The position numbers and the translations under genes were made by a program. From Patescibacteria group bacterium (GTDB lineage Bacteria > Patescibacteriota > UBA1384 > CAJBMM01), in contig JBAZWC010000001.1 in NCBI GenBank assembly GCA_041660565.1, positions 70,197-134,196 on the forward strand: a stretch of DNA of 64,000 nucleotides, given 5' to 3'. Below, piece after piece: positions 8,577-17,556 of the stretch (position 1 is the stretch's first letter; the number at the start of each line of letters is the position of its first letter). The notes under the pieces were generated by a model. It was not told the DNA's origin, did not search any database, and saw only the letters and a program-made list of their open reading frames with translations.

Positions 8577-9263
8577 TTAGAAAATCTGTGGGGCGCCGCG
8601 AATTGCCAAATTAGCAATTCTGAGTAACGGATCCATAATCCGGCTAAGCAAGTTAAATCCGCCAGAAGAGCCAAAAATAATATTAGAAAATACAAGCGTC
8701 AGTAGAAGCGCCGGACCAATGCGTTCCCAAACTTCACGCGCTTCGTGGTCTAAAAAGTAATTTACAATTTTTGATCCGTCGAGCGGGGGAATTGGGATGA
8801 TGTTGAATACCGCCAAAATGATATTAAGCGACACTATGGCGTCTAAAAATAATAAAAATATCGATTGATCGGTTGGCAAGCCGGCAATGGTCATAATTCT
8901 GGCGGGTAGAGCAAAAATTAACGCCACCAGTAAGTTTGAAATTGGGCCGGCAATTGCAATTTTAATCTCATCTAAATCAGATTTTAACGCATTCGGATTG
9001 TATGGTACCGGTTTGCCAAATCCAAATCCGGCAAACACAAATAAAAATAATCCCATTGGATCAATATGTGCCAAAGGATTCAGAGTGAGTCTACCTTGAT
9101 ATTTTGCCGTATCATCACCCAAACGATTTGCCATCCATGCGTGAGCAAATTCGTGCACAGACAAAGCTAGCATTACCCCAAGCACAATACCACAAATTGA
9201 AACGATCGCCACAATCGGCTGGTGGGCGTTTTGTTGCCATAGTTGTAAAATTAACACTTGCAA
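8577..9263 (-). CDS. Site-2 protease family (peptidase M50) membrane metalloprotease
   Basis: HEFAHA zinc motif (HExxH) in a TM helix, second motif LDGS, multiple TM segments. Confidence 0.75.
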   Translation of the reverse strand: MQVLILQLWQQNAHQPIVAIVSICGIVLGVMLALSVHEFAHAWMANRLGDDTAKYQGRLTLNPLAHIDPMGLFLFVFAGFGFGKPVPYNPNALKSDLDEIKIAIAGPISNLLVALIFALPARIMTIAGLPTDQSIFLLFLDAIVSLNIILAVFNIIPIPPLDGSKIVNYFLDHEAREVWERIGPALLLTLVFSNIIFGSSGGFNLLSRIMDPLLRIANLAIRGAPQIF

Positions 9264-9367
9264 AACTCCGTAAATTAAGTTACAATAATTATTGTTGATC
9301 GATTTTTTTGAAACGCATTTTAAATATAAAGCAATTGTCCGGATAATGAAACACTATAGGAGATGCT

Positions 9368-9532
9368 ATGGCATTTTGTCCACTTTGTCAGCGAACTCAG
9401 ATGCACGGAAACAGTGTACCAAAATCGGTACACAAAACCGGTCGTGCCTTAAAACCGAACTTACAAAAAGTGAATGGATTATTAATCTGTACTCGTTGTG
9501 CCAGAACGATGAAAAAAGTATTGGCAAGCTAA
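9368..9532 (+). CDS. rpmB: 50S ribosomal protein L28
   Basis: 54-aa translation MAFCPLCQRTQMHGNSVPKSVHKTGRALKPNLQKVNGLLICTRCARTMKKVLAS (C4 zinc ribbon, PNLQ motif). It is below the ORF-track cutoff and in a different frame from listed ORF 9292..9561. Confidence 0.8.
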   Translation: MAFCPLCQRTQMHGNSVPKSVHKTGRALKPNLQKVNGLLICTRCARTMKKVLAS

Positions 9533-9588
9533 AATACTCATCAGTTTCTAAGTCTAATTGAGGTTACAGGGAATGCGGTGGCTTTCTT

Positions 9589-9682
9589 GTTCGAATTCAG
9601 GACGTAAAACGTCCCGGGGTGAGAACTATCAAGGTAGTTCTCGTTTTGGACGCATGACGTTCCAAACTCGAACGAGAAACCA
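9589..9682. repeat. Palindromic repeat (TTCGAATTC-AGGACGTAAAACGTCC-GAGAAC..GTTCTCG..CTCGAAC)
   Basis: Near-identical module at 1609-1696, 38454-38490 and 49290-49450. Confidence 0.6.
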
Positions 9683-9929
9683 AGGGATAGCTAGGGAGCA
9701 AAAGGGACGATAAAGGGAATGATAAAATACTCTGTCATCCGTACTCAGACCTCCGTTTTCTGCTACCCCTCTTGCATTTATTTCATATTCGGTTATACTT
9801 ATAGATAGGAACTGTTTCCTTAGGTCCTAACTGATTAGAAAAATGAAGTTTCCTTTATTTTTTCGCTAAGCCAAGGACAGAACCCTCAAGTATGGTCGAT
9901 CTTGGGTAGCCAAAAAACAAAGGAATAAT

Positions 9930-10292
9930 ATGTCATACGAAGACAAAACATTAGTTTGTAAAGAATGTGGTAAAGAATTTACATGGACCGCTGGTGAGCA
10001 AGAATTTTATGCTCAAAAAGGTTTTACTAACCAACCAAGCCGATGCAAAGACTGCCGCCAAGCAAACAAACAACACAAAGACGAACAACGCACAGAAATC
10101 ACCTGCAAACAATGTGGCAAAAAAGATACTGTTAACTTTAAGCCTCATAACCCAGACGATATCTTGTGCAACGAGTGTTTCACCAAGAACCGAGCACAGG
10201 TTCACTCTTTCGCCCCTGCCTCTGATAGCAAACCTGCTGAAGAGCCAGTTGCTGATGAAAAATCAGACGAAGAGACCCCAGCTGCTGAATAA
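9930..10292 (+). CDS. Zinc-ribbon protein (two CxxC...CxxC units) with acidic C-terminal tail
   Basis: CKECGKEF...EQEFYAQKGF..PSRCKDCR and CKQCGK...CNEC. Confidence 0.55.
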   Translation: MSYEDKTLVCKECGKEFTWTAGEQEFYAQKGFTNQPSRCKDCRQANKQHKDEQRTEITCKQCGKKDTVNFKPHNPDDILCNECFTKNRAQVHSFAPASDSKPAEEPVADEKSDEETPAAE

Positions 10293-10554
10293 TATTCTCA
10301 GTTGAAAACCAAAAACGCCCTGCTTTACGCGGGGCTTTTTGGTATTTATCCTGATGGGTCTCCTAATCAGCTAATAACCCTCCGGCCTCCAGCTCGTAGA
10401 GAGAAATCTACAAAAATATAAATTTTTAATTTTTAATTTCAAATGAATGGTTGCCAATTTTTAAATGACTAAATAAGGAACCATTTAAAATTTAATCATT
10501 TGGTTCTTATTCATTTAAAATTTAGCCTTTAAAATTTAAAATTATATACGGTAA

Positions 10555-11373
10555 TTACAGTTTATTAGTTCTTTGGCGGCGTTCGCGTTCTTTGGCATCA
10601 TCTAGTGCGTCTTTATAAAGTGATTTTCGGGGCTCCAAAGACCAAGCCCTAGATAAATATCGCACTGCTTTGCCGTACTGTCTAAGCGATAAATACGCTT
10701 GGCCTAAATCAAAGTGCCAGGCGGCATTTTTATCATCTTCCCCAACCGCTTTTTCAAAGTACTCTACTGCCTCATTATAGTTTTCGCCAATTTGAGCCAC
10801 TCGGCCTAAATAATGCAGAATATACCCATTGGCTGGATCATATTTATAAGCTTGCATAAAAGCTTCCTCTGCATCAACAAGCGCACTATTTACTCTTTTG
10901 GGCCCATCAACCGCTGCGGGCATAGCTGTGGCGATGCCTCGTTCTAAATAAATTTGTCCAAGCCGATAGTAAGCAAGAACGCACTTTGGATCAATTGCGG
11001 CCGCATTCAAAAACTGTTTTTCCGCCATATCTAGCTGGCGCAGGTCAAAATACTTCTGCCCGTCTGCCAGTAAATTTTTTAGCTGTGAATTTGTTGCCGT
11101 CTGATATTGATTAATATTTGGCTCAGCGGACTTGGTTACATCTGGCTGTGGCTCAGAAATTTGGTCGTTTTCACTCATCGAATCATTAAAAGGCACTCGC
11201 ATGGGGCCGAATTTCTTAAAATGCAATTGCGGCAGTTTAAACTTAAACTTAAACAACCGTCTATTTTGCGTTGCTTTTGGCGCCACCCCTTCTGCGGTTT
11301 CGGGAAAACGGCGCACTAATATGATAAAGATAATTGCCGCCGCCACAAAAATGATAATTTCAAATATTCCCAT
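10555..11373 (-). CDS. Membrane-anchored tetratricopeptide-repeat (TPR) protein
   Basis: N-terminal TM IIIFVAAAIIFIILV; repeated A..Y..LG / AL..DP TPR-like helices. Confidence 0.6.
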   Translation of the reverse strand: MGIFEIIIFVAAAIIFIILVRRFPETAEGVAPKATQNRRLFKFKFKLPQLHFKKFGPMRVPFNDSMSENDQISEPQPDVTKSAEPNINQYQTATNSQLKNLLADGQKYFDLRQLDMAEKQFLNAAAIDPKCVLAYYRLGQIYLERGIATAMPAAVDGPKRVNSALVDAEEAFMQAYKYDPANGYILHYLGRVAQIGENYNEAVEYFEKAVGEDDKNAAWHFDLGQAYLSLRQYGKAVRYLSRAWSLEPRKSLYKDALDDAKERERRQRTNKL

Positions 11374-12064
11374 TGCGTGTCCTAATTTTAAATTCTAATG
11401 ATTTTGGGAAGGGGATTTGATGCGTAATGTGCAAATAGGTGGTTTCGAGTAAAGCAGTGGCGTTAACCGACGTCTGACTAATTGCTGATCGTATTTCGAT
11501 TAACCATCGAAGTGTGTCTGCATTGGGGTTCATACTTTGTATGATTTCTTTGCTCCACGAATCAATCAAATTTGTGGCCAATCCATTTTTTACTGTCTCA
11601 CCTATTTTCAAGCTCACTGTAGCAAAATCTTGGGCGAAAGCAAGTGGAATAATTTGGCTATCAATCTGAGCCTGATTTTGGAGGTTAAAATAGGCACATC
11701 TAGACAGAATTGTCGGCAAAACGTTGTTAGTGTTCGACAGTAATAAAAAACGGGTTTTTTCGGGGGTATCTTCTAGCACTTTCAGCAAAGTATTGGCCGA
11801 CTCGTGGTTTAATTGGTCGGACTGATAAATGACGCACAAGCGCATTTTGCCTTGAGTTGGGGTGGTGTGAGCCAACCTACGCAACTCTCTGGTCTCGGCT
11901 ACGGTAACAGTTAAGTCTTTGCCAATTTCGGACAGATCGTAAGGCGAAACACTAAATTCAGTTAATGTTTCGGTTAAAATTTGTGGCCAAGAATTTGGTG
12001 TAGAGACAACCAAAAAGCACTGCCCGGTCTGCCAAAAAGTGGATGGGATAATATTATTCATCAC
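11360..12064 (-). CDS. holB: DNA polymerase III delta-prime subunit-like (clamp-loader AAA+ lid region)
   Basis: LLKVLEDTPEKTRFLLL...LPTILSRC matches the delta'/tau box VII-sensor 2 region; 14-nt overlap with the upstream gene. Confidence 0.65.
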   Translation of the reverse strand: MMNNIIPSTFWQTGQCFLVVSTPNSWPQILTETLTEFSVSPYDLSEIGKDLTVTVAETRELRRLAHTTPTQGKMRLCVIYQSDQLNHESANTLLKVLEDTPEKTRFLLLSNTNNVLPTILSRCAYFNLQNQAQIDSQIIPLAFAQDFATVSLKIGETVKNGLATNLIDSWSKEIIQSMNPNADTLRWLIEIRSAISQTSVNATALLETTYLHITHQIPFPKSLEFKIRTRNGNI

Positions 12065-12093
12065 GATCAGAATAGCACAAATCTCTTTTATAT

Positions 12094-12204
12094 GTCATTT
12101 CGACGTTGAAGAAAGCGTCAGGTACTGTCATTCCGGGCTTGACCCGGAATCTATATAAAAAAAGTCATTTATAGACTGGATTCCGGATCTAGTCCGGAAT
12201 GACA
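12094..12204. repeat. Composite palindromic repeat (TGTCATTTCGAC fragment plus GTCATTCCGG double-hairpin unit)
   Basis: gtcattccgggcttgacccggaatctatataaaaaaagtcatttatagactggattccggatctagtccggaatgaca. Confidence 0.65.
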
Positions 12205-12214
12205 CCAAGAAGGG

Positions 12215-13204
12215 TCAAAACTTATAATTTTTTAGTTCTTTTATACTCATCCGTTTTTCGGTCTGCAAACGGCGAATCTCTCTGGCTCTATCTACAGCCT
12301 TGGTTTGGTACAACTGATAACCCCCAACCGAGGTATTATAAATTGGAATCAACCCTTCTTCGGTCCAAAATCTAATTGTGGCAATGGTTTCATTAGCGGC
12401 GGCGGCAACCTGCCCGATTTTCAATAATTTATTGGAAATTTTGCGTGGGCGTGTTTTCTTTGCTGGCTCGGGCAACTCAGTTGATGCTGTTGATGCGATT
12501 GATGACAAAAACAGATTCAAAGAACGGTCAGTTGCCTCAAAAATCAACTGATAATAATCATCCAATTGGGCATCAGCCTGCGCCACCTCCAAATCGGTGA
12601 CATAGCGGCTTTGATCATCAACCCGAATTACGGCCGGTGGATAACCGTTCTGCAATAAAATTAAATTCATTAACAATCGTGCCGTGCGGCAGTTTGCCTC
12701 TACAAATGGGTGAATGGTAATTAACTTTAAATGTGCATCGGCTGCAATTTGAACCGGATGTTTGGTGTGATTGCCGTTTAGCCACTGCACCATTTCGGCC
12801 ATCGCCACGTTAACTTTTTCATTTGGTTCGTTGCGTACGGTGCCGGTACGATATTGTCCGGCGTGAACGCTATCTACTTTATTCATCAATATGCGATGGA
12901 TATGCAAAATTTCTGCTTGGCTAATGTCTTTAGTTTTAATAGTATTCGCCAAGTGACGTACGTATTCCCAAGCTAGCGCGTGATTGTGGGTTTCAATTAA
13001 ATCTCGAGCCTGTGAGTTTTGCCAGTTTTCCACAACTTCTTTTGCTGCGTCCACAGTGATGTTTTTGCCGGATAGGGCAGTGGAGTTGAATGCCAAATCT
13101 AGTTTATACTGATGATTAAGTTTAGCTAAAACATCAACCGAAATGGGCATCGCAGCCATCAGCTGGCGCTGTTTGGTTTCTAATTGTTCGAGAGTAATTG
13201 ACAT
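12215..13204 (-). CDS. Fic/Doc-family protein with degenerate active-site motif (HPFVEANCRTAR) fused to a C-terminal MerR-type HTH
   Basis: The motif aligns to HPFx(D/E)GN(G/K)RxxR with G->A and G/K->C; C-terminal IGQVAAAANETIATIRFWTEEGLI resembles the MerR HTH. Confidence 0.6.
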   Translation of the reverse strand: MSITLEQLETKQRQLMAAMPISVDVLAKLNHQYKLDLAFNSTALSGKNITVDAAKEVVENWQNSQARDLIETHNHALAWEYVRHLANTIKTKDISQAEILHIHRILMNKVDSVHAGQYRTGTVRNEPNEKVNVAMAEMVQWLNGNHTKHPVQIAADAHLKLITIHPFVEANCRTARLLMNLILLQNGYPPAVIRVDDQSRYVTDLEVAQADAQLDDYYQLIFEATDRSLNLFLSSIASTASTELPEPAKKTRPRKISNKLLKIGQVAAAANETIATIRFWTEEGLIPIYNTSVGGYQLYQTKAVDRAREIRRLQTEKRMSIKELKNYKF

Positions 13205-13219
13205 ACAAACCTCAGCATT

Positions 13220-13324
13220 GTCATTCCGGACTTGATCCGGAATCTATATAAAAGACTGGAAGGGATTTATTCTTAGATTTCTCCAACACAGTCGTGGTGA
13301 CCCACTCCTAGGGTCGAAATGACA
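13220..13324. repeat. Hybrid palindromic repeat (GTCATTCCGG hairpin unit plus AGATTTCTCC...GGGTCGAAATGACA module)
   Basis: Shares both module types. Confidence 0.6.
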
Positions 13325-13430
13325 TATAACAATATTTCGTCATCCATCATTTACCTACCTCTATTAAGCATAAACCATCACCTAATACATTACAATATCA
13401 TATAATATCACGCTTAGTACACCTAGGGTA

Positions 13431-13459
13431 TTGACAAATATAATCTAGTATGTTAATAT
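13431..13459 (+). promoter_or_regulatory. Near-consensus sigma70-type promoter (TTGACA-17 bp-TAATAT)
   Basis: Perfect -35 hexamer, 17-nt spacer, 5/6 match at -10; no ORF in the next ~700 nt, T-run at about 13612-13618. Confidence 0.35.
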
Positions 13460-13973
13460 GTAAGAGTTGCAATCAAGCAAGGCTAAAACCAAGCGCGATA
13501 AGCAGCAGAACCCAAAAACAAAAACGTAAAAATGGCTTGTCTAACATATGTCGGTAGCATATCAAGACGCCCCTTCCTCTATATAGGGATTGGACGTCGG
13601 ATGCGGACAGGTCTTTTTTAAAACAAAGCTTTGTTTTTCTGGCATATGGGATTTATCCCACGCGCTGGAGGGCAGATACCTTTTGAATAAGAGGTGACTG
13701 TTCCAAAGTTAGATCAACCAAGTCTTGGCAAAAATTGTCAAATTACTGGTTCACCTAATCCTTTGGAACAGAACTCTTCTTTCAGCAAAAGTAGGTTGAT
13801 GGCGAAGAGAGCCGTAAATATCAGATCTTGTAGAATTTTTCTTCAAGACGGCGCTCGCCAAAAACTGCTGACAAGTAGACACATGGAGCGGGGACAACAC
13901 CACCTAAAAGTAGATACCCCAGAACCGGCACCTTAACAAATTATCCTTTTCTCTGGTTGACATACATTTTATT

Positions 13974-14061
13974 GTCATTCCGGACTAGATCCGGAATCTA
14001 TGTATAAGAATCCTCGTCTTAGGCTAGGAAAGATTTATTCTTTACTAACCCAAGCCGATGG
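13974..14061. repeat. GTCATTCCGG hairpin unit plus the about 60-nt module GGCTAGGAAAGATTTATTCTTTACTAACCCAAGCCGAYGG
   Basis: The same 60-nt module recurs at 15170-15224. Confidence 0.6.
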
Positions 14062-14215
14062 AGTTTAACTTCGTCTGGCCTACCCCTCCCCGGGGTTAAT
14101 GCCGTCACGGCGTTGGGGAAACGGCATCTGGTGCGTATGGCGTAAGCCGCGCACCAAGTATTCGGTCAGCGTAACCGTAAGGCGAAGTTGACCAGATCCC
14201 TGGGAGGGGAAAAAG

Positions 14216-15037
14216 ATGGAATCCGCTAACGGGCAGATCGTCGACGCGTCTCATGTCGTCGACAATCCAGAGTCGGATCTCGTGACGATCTTGTCGCAGA
14301 ACGGTGGACGGACTATCGAAGTGATAGTGCCCGACGTCTGTGACCACGAGACGGTTTCTGAGCGCCTTTCGAGGCTGCTTGGAAAGCACGTTTCCGACTC
14401 CGACCTTTCCTCCGTTTGGGTTGGAGAGGAAGAGAAGCAATGCGCTTCTCTGATAGTCTCCTCCGACAAGGAGGGAGTACTGCAGGTCGCCCATAAGGAG
14501 GGCAACAAGATGAACCGCAAGCAAGCTTTGGCGCTGATTGGCGCCGCCGTGTCGTTCGGGTACACCGTGGTGGAAACGTTCGCGGACAACCGCGCGCTCC
14601 CCGCGTTCAGTCCTGCAGGCCGCCCGGGTTCCTGGTCGGATGTCGCGGAAGCGTATTACGACCGCTTCTTCGACCTTGATGACCTCTCCCAGTGGGAGTC
14701 GGTCGTCGGGCTGCTCCAGAAATGGTCCCACACGCGTGAGGCCTTCGGGATTCTGATCCCGACCCGGGACGATTTTGTCCTGGAGATCGAGCGCGCTGTT
14801 CGGCAGCGCCCGATCGACGGGGAGATGTACGTTCCCGAGGCTATGCCGCTTGCCGAGGCGGTCTGTAAGATGATCATGCTCGGCGCCACCACGGAGGAAA
14901 TCCTCGGCTGGGTCGAGGAGATCAACCTCCACACTGACGGCCAGGCACCGATCCTGTTCGACGCAATCGAGCAGGCGAACGAGCCTCGGTCGGAGCGGGG
15001 TGGCCGCGGCCGCGAGGCGGCCGAGGCCAGCAACTAG
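14216..15037 (+). CDS. Hypothetical protein, cassette 1 of high-GC island
   Basis: 273-aa ORF, about 60% GC, strong RBS GGGAGGGG 7 nt upstream; the opposite-strand ORF 14105..15130 is judged a GC shadow. Confidence 0.5.
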   Translation: MESANGQIVDASHVVDNPESDLVTILSQNGGRTIEVIVPDVCDHETVSERLSRLLGKHVSDSDLSSVWVGEEEKQCASLIVSSDKEGVLQVAHKEGNKMNRKQALALIGAAVSFGYTVVETFADNRALPAFSPAGRPGSWSDVAEAYYDRFFDLDDLSQWESVVGLLQKWSHTREAFGILIPTRDDFVLEIERAVRQRPIDGEMYVPEAMPLAEAVCKMIMLGATTEEILGWVEEINLHTDGQAPILFDAIEQANEPRSERGGRGREAAEASN

Positions 15038-15044
15038 TTCCACG

Positions 15045-15116
15045 GAGGGGTGGGTGCAACCGCACCCGCCTCTCCTCATTCCAAAGTTTCCAAAAGGTTG
15101 GGGACTTTGTAGATGA
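15045..15116 (+). promoter_or_regulatory. Conserved inter-cassette element, copy 1: GC hairpin (terminator-like) plus 45-nt box CTCCTCATTCCAAAGTTTCCAAAAGGTTGGGGACTTTGTAGATGA
   Basis: Hairpin GGGTGGGTGC-AAC-CGCACCCGCC; 28-nt palindrome CAAAGT..ACTTTG at 15082-15109; repeated 4 times in the island. Confidence 0.6.
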
Positions 15117-15125
15117 TTTCCTCTT

Positions 15126-15224
15126 GTCATTCCCGCGAAGGCGGGAATCCAGTCTATGAAAAACTTTCGATAATCCTTGGTTTAGGCTAGGAAAGATTTA
15201 TTCTTTACTAACCCAAGCCGACGG
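15126..15224. repeat. GTCATTCC(CG..CG)GGAATC hairpin plus 60-nt GGCTAGGAAAGATTTATTC module
   Basis: Low-GC host-type repeat inserted between cassettes 1 and 2. Confidence 0.6.
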
Positions 15225-15287
15225 ATGGCTTGATGTCCGAGTCTATAAGTCCTGACCCAAATGGGCAGGCAGGGCAAGGAGATTTCA

Positions 15288-15758
15288 ATGGAATTCGACG
15301 CTTCGTACAAACGGGCAAAGCGGCTGCTCGGTCAGAACTTCAGGGCGATGTGTCGTGAGGCTCACGCCCTGGCAGCGATGGGTTTGCCCATCGCGGTCTA
15401 CCAAGACCATGTCGTTCTGCTCCCAACGTATGGGACGACGAACGATTTCTTCTATCTCATGGCCGAGGGGATAGAGCATTGGTACGTCCGGTTCTGGTGC
15501 TGCAACGCCGAACCGGAGTTCGGCCAGACCGACTACCATGAGTCCCAGCAGATTGGCTCAGGCAGTCTGGAGTTGGTTGCCCGATGGTTCCGCGAGCAGT
15601 TAGAAGCTCGTGGCTGCCAGGCCGCCCAGCTGGAGAAGTTGGCCGCTGTTATGGCGGCTATCCTGCCGGAGGCGGCTTCCGTCGCGGCTCCGACAGACTT
15701 GGAGCCACCGAGGTTCACCCTCGGTGATCAGCTCCGAGAGATGGAGACCGGCAAGTAG
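15288..15758 (+). CDS. Hypothetical protein, cassette 2
   Basis: 156 aa from ATG at 15288 with RBS AAGGAG 7 nt upstream (the ORF track extends to 15261). Confidence 0.5.
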   Translation: MEFDASYKRAKRLLGQNFRAMCREAHALAAMGLPIAVYQDHVVLLPTYGTTNDFFYLMAEGIEHWYVRFWCCNAEPEFGQTDYHESQQIGSGSLELVARWFREQLEARGCQAAQLEKLAAVMAAILPEAASVAAPTDLEPPRFTLGDQLREMETGK

Positions 15759-15765
15759 CTCACAC

Positions 15766-15839
15766 GGAGGGGTGGGTGCGCAAGCGCCCACTCCTCTTCA
15801 TTCCAAAGTTTCCAATACGTTGGGGACTTTGTAGATGAA
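15766..15839 (+). promoter_or_regulatory. Conserved inter-cassette element, copy 2 (hairpin plus 45-nt box)
   Basis: ggaggggtgggtgcgcaagcgcccactcctc followed by ttcattccaaagtttccaatacgttggggactttgtagatga. Confidence 0.6.
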
Positions 15840-15843
15840 GAAA

Positions 15844-15955
15844 TGACTCCCCGTAGGGGATGGTATACACTTCGGGTGGGTCGCGACGACTCGCACCTAC
15901 CCACGACCCGCCTGACTAGGGGTGAAACTCTGGCAGGCAACAGGGGAGAACGGAA
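15844..15955 (+). ncRNA. Conserved about 110-nt leader type A, copy 1 (candidate cis-regulatory 5' UTR)
   Basis: More than 90% identical to 16791-16899 although the downstream ORFs are unrelated; contains CCCCGTAGGGG and GGGTGGGTCGCGACGACTCGCACCTACCCACGACCC stem potentials; ends in RBS GGGGAGA. Confidence 0.4.
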
Positions 15956-16618
15956 ATGGCTACAGGAAATATGTCATGGCTTGGCTTGGAAGTTGAGCCG
16001 ACCGTCGACGCAAAGTACCGCGTCGATTGGCAGCAATATGGTGGCCCGCGCGGCGGCCAGATGGTCGTCCGCTATGCCACTCGCGAGTGGCTGGAGATGG
16101 CGGTCAACTTCCGGGTTGCACCGTACACCGGAGAGCACTTCATCTCCGACTCCTGCTTCGAGAGCAGCCGGGAGGAGGAGTACATGGTGGCCGCCGCTCG
16201 CCGAACGGCAATGCGGCACGGCATGCTCCCTGACGTGCCAGGCCCGCAGGTCGGATATTGTGTCCGCCTGCAGCACTACCTGGGCCAGTGGTCGGCGGAG
16301 AACTTCCCGGCGACCACGAACGTGCCAGACGGGCATGTGGCGTCTCGGGGCACCGATCAGATGCCCATCTTCGGAATCGTCGATGGGTGGGCGGATGACA
16401 CAATATCCGGCCCTCCCACCCTTCGGGTGATCGTGAAGCGTGAAGCGCTCAGAATCATTGAGCGCGAGGTCAGGGCAGCCGCCAGTGCGGATGCCAGGGT
16501 TGCCCGTACCGGCTTCCTCACGGCGGAGGACGTGGACATGTCCACGGGCACGTATTCGCGTGTCTACGAGGCAATGATTCGGGTTTACCGTGGACATGTC
16601 GTAGCCTCAAACCAGTAG
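15956..16618 (+). CDS. Hypothetical protein, cassette 3
   Basis: 220 aa, about 62% GC; overlapping minus-strand ORFs judged GC shadows. Confidence 0.5.
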   Translation: MATGNMSWLGLEVEPTVDAKYRVDWQQYGGPRGGQMVVRYATREWLEMAVNFRVAPYTGEHFISDSCFESSREEEYMVAAARRTAMRHGMLPDVPGPQVGYCVRLQHYLGQWSAENFPATTNVPDGHVASRGTDQMPIFGIVDGWADDTISGPPTLRVIVKREALRIIEREVRAAASADARVARTGFLTAEDVDMSTGTYSRVYEAMIRVYRGHVVASNQ

Positions 16619-16716
16619 ACATACGCAATAGAAGTTTTTGGATCGTTCTTCGGCAAAAACGATCTGGCATCCCGATGCGCATAATCGGGAGGTTCGCGAT
16701 CCAAATCGCATTCGTT

Positions 16717-16788
16717 GAGAGGCGGGTGCAACCGCACCCGCCTCTCCTCATTCCAAAGTTTCCAAAAGGTTGGAGACTTTGTAGATGA
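16717..16788 (+). promoter_or_regulatory. Conserved inter-cassette element, copy 3 (perfect 13-bp hairpin GAGAGGCGGGTGC-AAC-GCACCCGCCTCTC plus 45-nt box)
   Basis: Read directly. Confidence 0.6.
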
Positions 16789-16790
16789 AT

Positions 16791-16899
16791 CGACTCCCCG
16801 TAGGGGATGGCAATACGCTTCGGGTGGGTCGCGACGACTCGCACCTACCCACGACCCGCCTGACTAGGGGTGAAACTCTGGCAGGCATAAGGGGAGACG
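16791..16899 (+). ncRNA. Conserved leader type A, copy 2
   Basis: See 15844-15955. Confidence 0.4.
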
Positions 16900-17475
16900 A
16901 TGAGTACGACAACAAGTGGAACCAGCCCTGGGCGACGCACCTTCTACTACGGGCGGTCTGGTGGCTTGCACGCCACCGGCGAGGCAGCAACGCGGCTGCT
17001 GGAGATCATCAGGCAGCCGCCGTACGATCTCCTCCCGTTCCTTGGAGGAGAGGATATTAGTCTTCCAGAAGGTACGGGTCTCGCAGATGTCGCGAAGTGC
17101 GAGGCGTTTTTCACGCCATGGGTCAAGGTCTGGGCGCCGCGTCGAATCGTTCGTTACCTGTTGTCGCTGGTGCCAGAGGCGACTTACCACTGGTGTCCGT
17201 GGGAGGGAAAGATTCCTGCGGGATGGCTGACCATCCCGAACTACGACAGCCAGGTTCCTCAGTCCTTCCTGGACTGGGTCGCGGAAACCGGAGGAGTTTT
17301 TGACGAGCCCTCCGGCGGAGCGGTCTGGCTCAAGTGGCCGAACATGCGGCAGGTACATGTCCAGTTCGAGAAGGGGGATTTCCCGGAGGATCTGATTATC
17401 TCCGGAAACGGCCGTAGGTGGTATCTGGAGCGGTATGCCAACGGCCTGGAGATCCTCAACATCCGCGAAGTCTAG
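16900..17475 (+). CDS. Hypothetical protein, cassette 4
   Basis: 191 aa; RBS AGGGGAGA. Confidence 0.5.
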   Translation: MSTTTSGTSPGRRTFYYGRSGGLHATGEAATRLLEIIRQPPYDLLPFLGGEDISLPEGTGLADVAKCEAFFTPWVKVWAPRRIVRYLLSLVPEATYHWCPWEGKIPAGWLTIPNYDSQVPQSFLDWVAETGGVFDEPSGGAVWLKWPNMRQVHVQFEKGDFPEDLIISGNGRRWYLERYANGLEILNIREV

Positions 17476-17481
17476 TCTACT

Positions 17482-17556
17482 GGAGGGTAGGGCGCTGTTC
17501 GCGCCCGCCCTCCTCATTCCAAAGTTTCCAAAAGGTTTGGGGACTTTGTAGATGAA
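17482..17556 (+). promoter_or_regulatory. Conserved inter-cassette element, copy 4
   Basis: GGAGGGTAGGGCGC-TGTTC-GCGCCCGCCCTCC hairpin plus 45-nt box. Confidence 0.6.

Noticed and set aside
9292-9561. 89-aa ORF listed by the track
   Set aside because: A different frame from the clearly recognisable 54-aa ribosomal protein L28 (9368..9532), which was too short for the ORF track.
14105-15130. 341-aa minus-strand ORF (and 14251..14589, 14656..15033 minus ORFs) overlapping cassette 1
   Set aside because: The high-GC region produces long shadow ORFs on both strands. The plus-strand ORF has a strong RBS (GGGAGGGG) and fits the co-oriented cassette pattern; the minus ORFs are Arg/Pro/Gly-rich, typical of GC-shadow frames.
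15974-17517. Minus-strand ORFs 15974..16597 (207 aa) and 16864..17517 (217 aa) inside the high-GC island
   Set aside because: Same reasoning: antisense shadows of cassettes 3 and 4; no RBS; they would run through the conserved hairpin and box elements.
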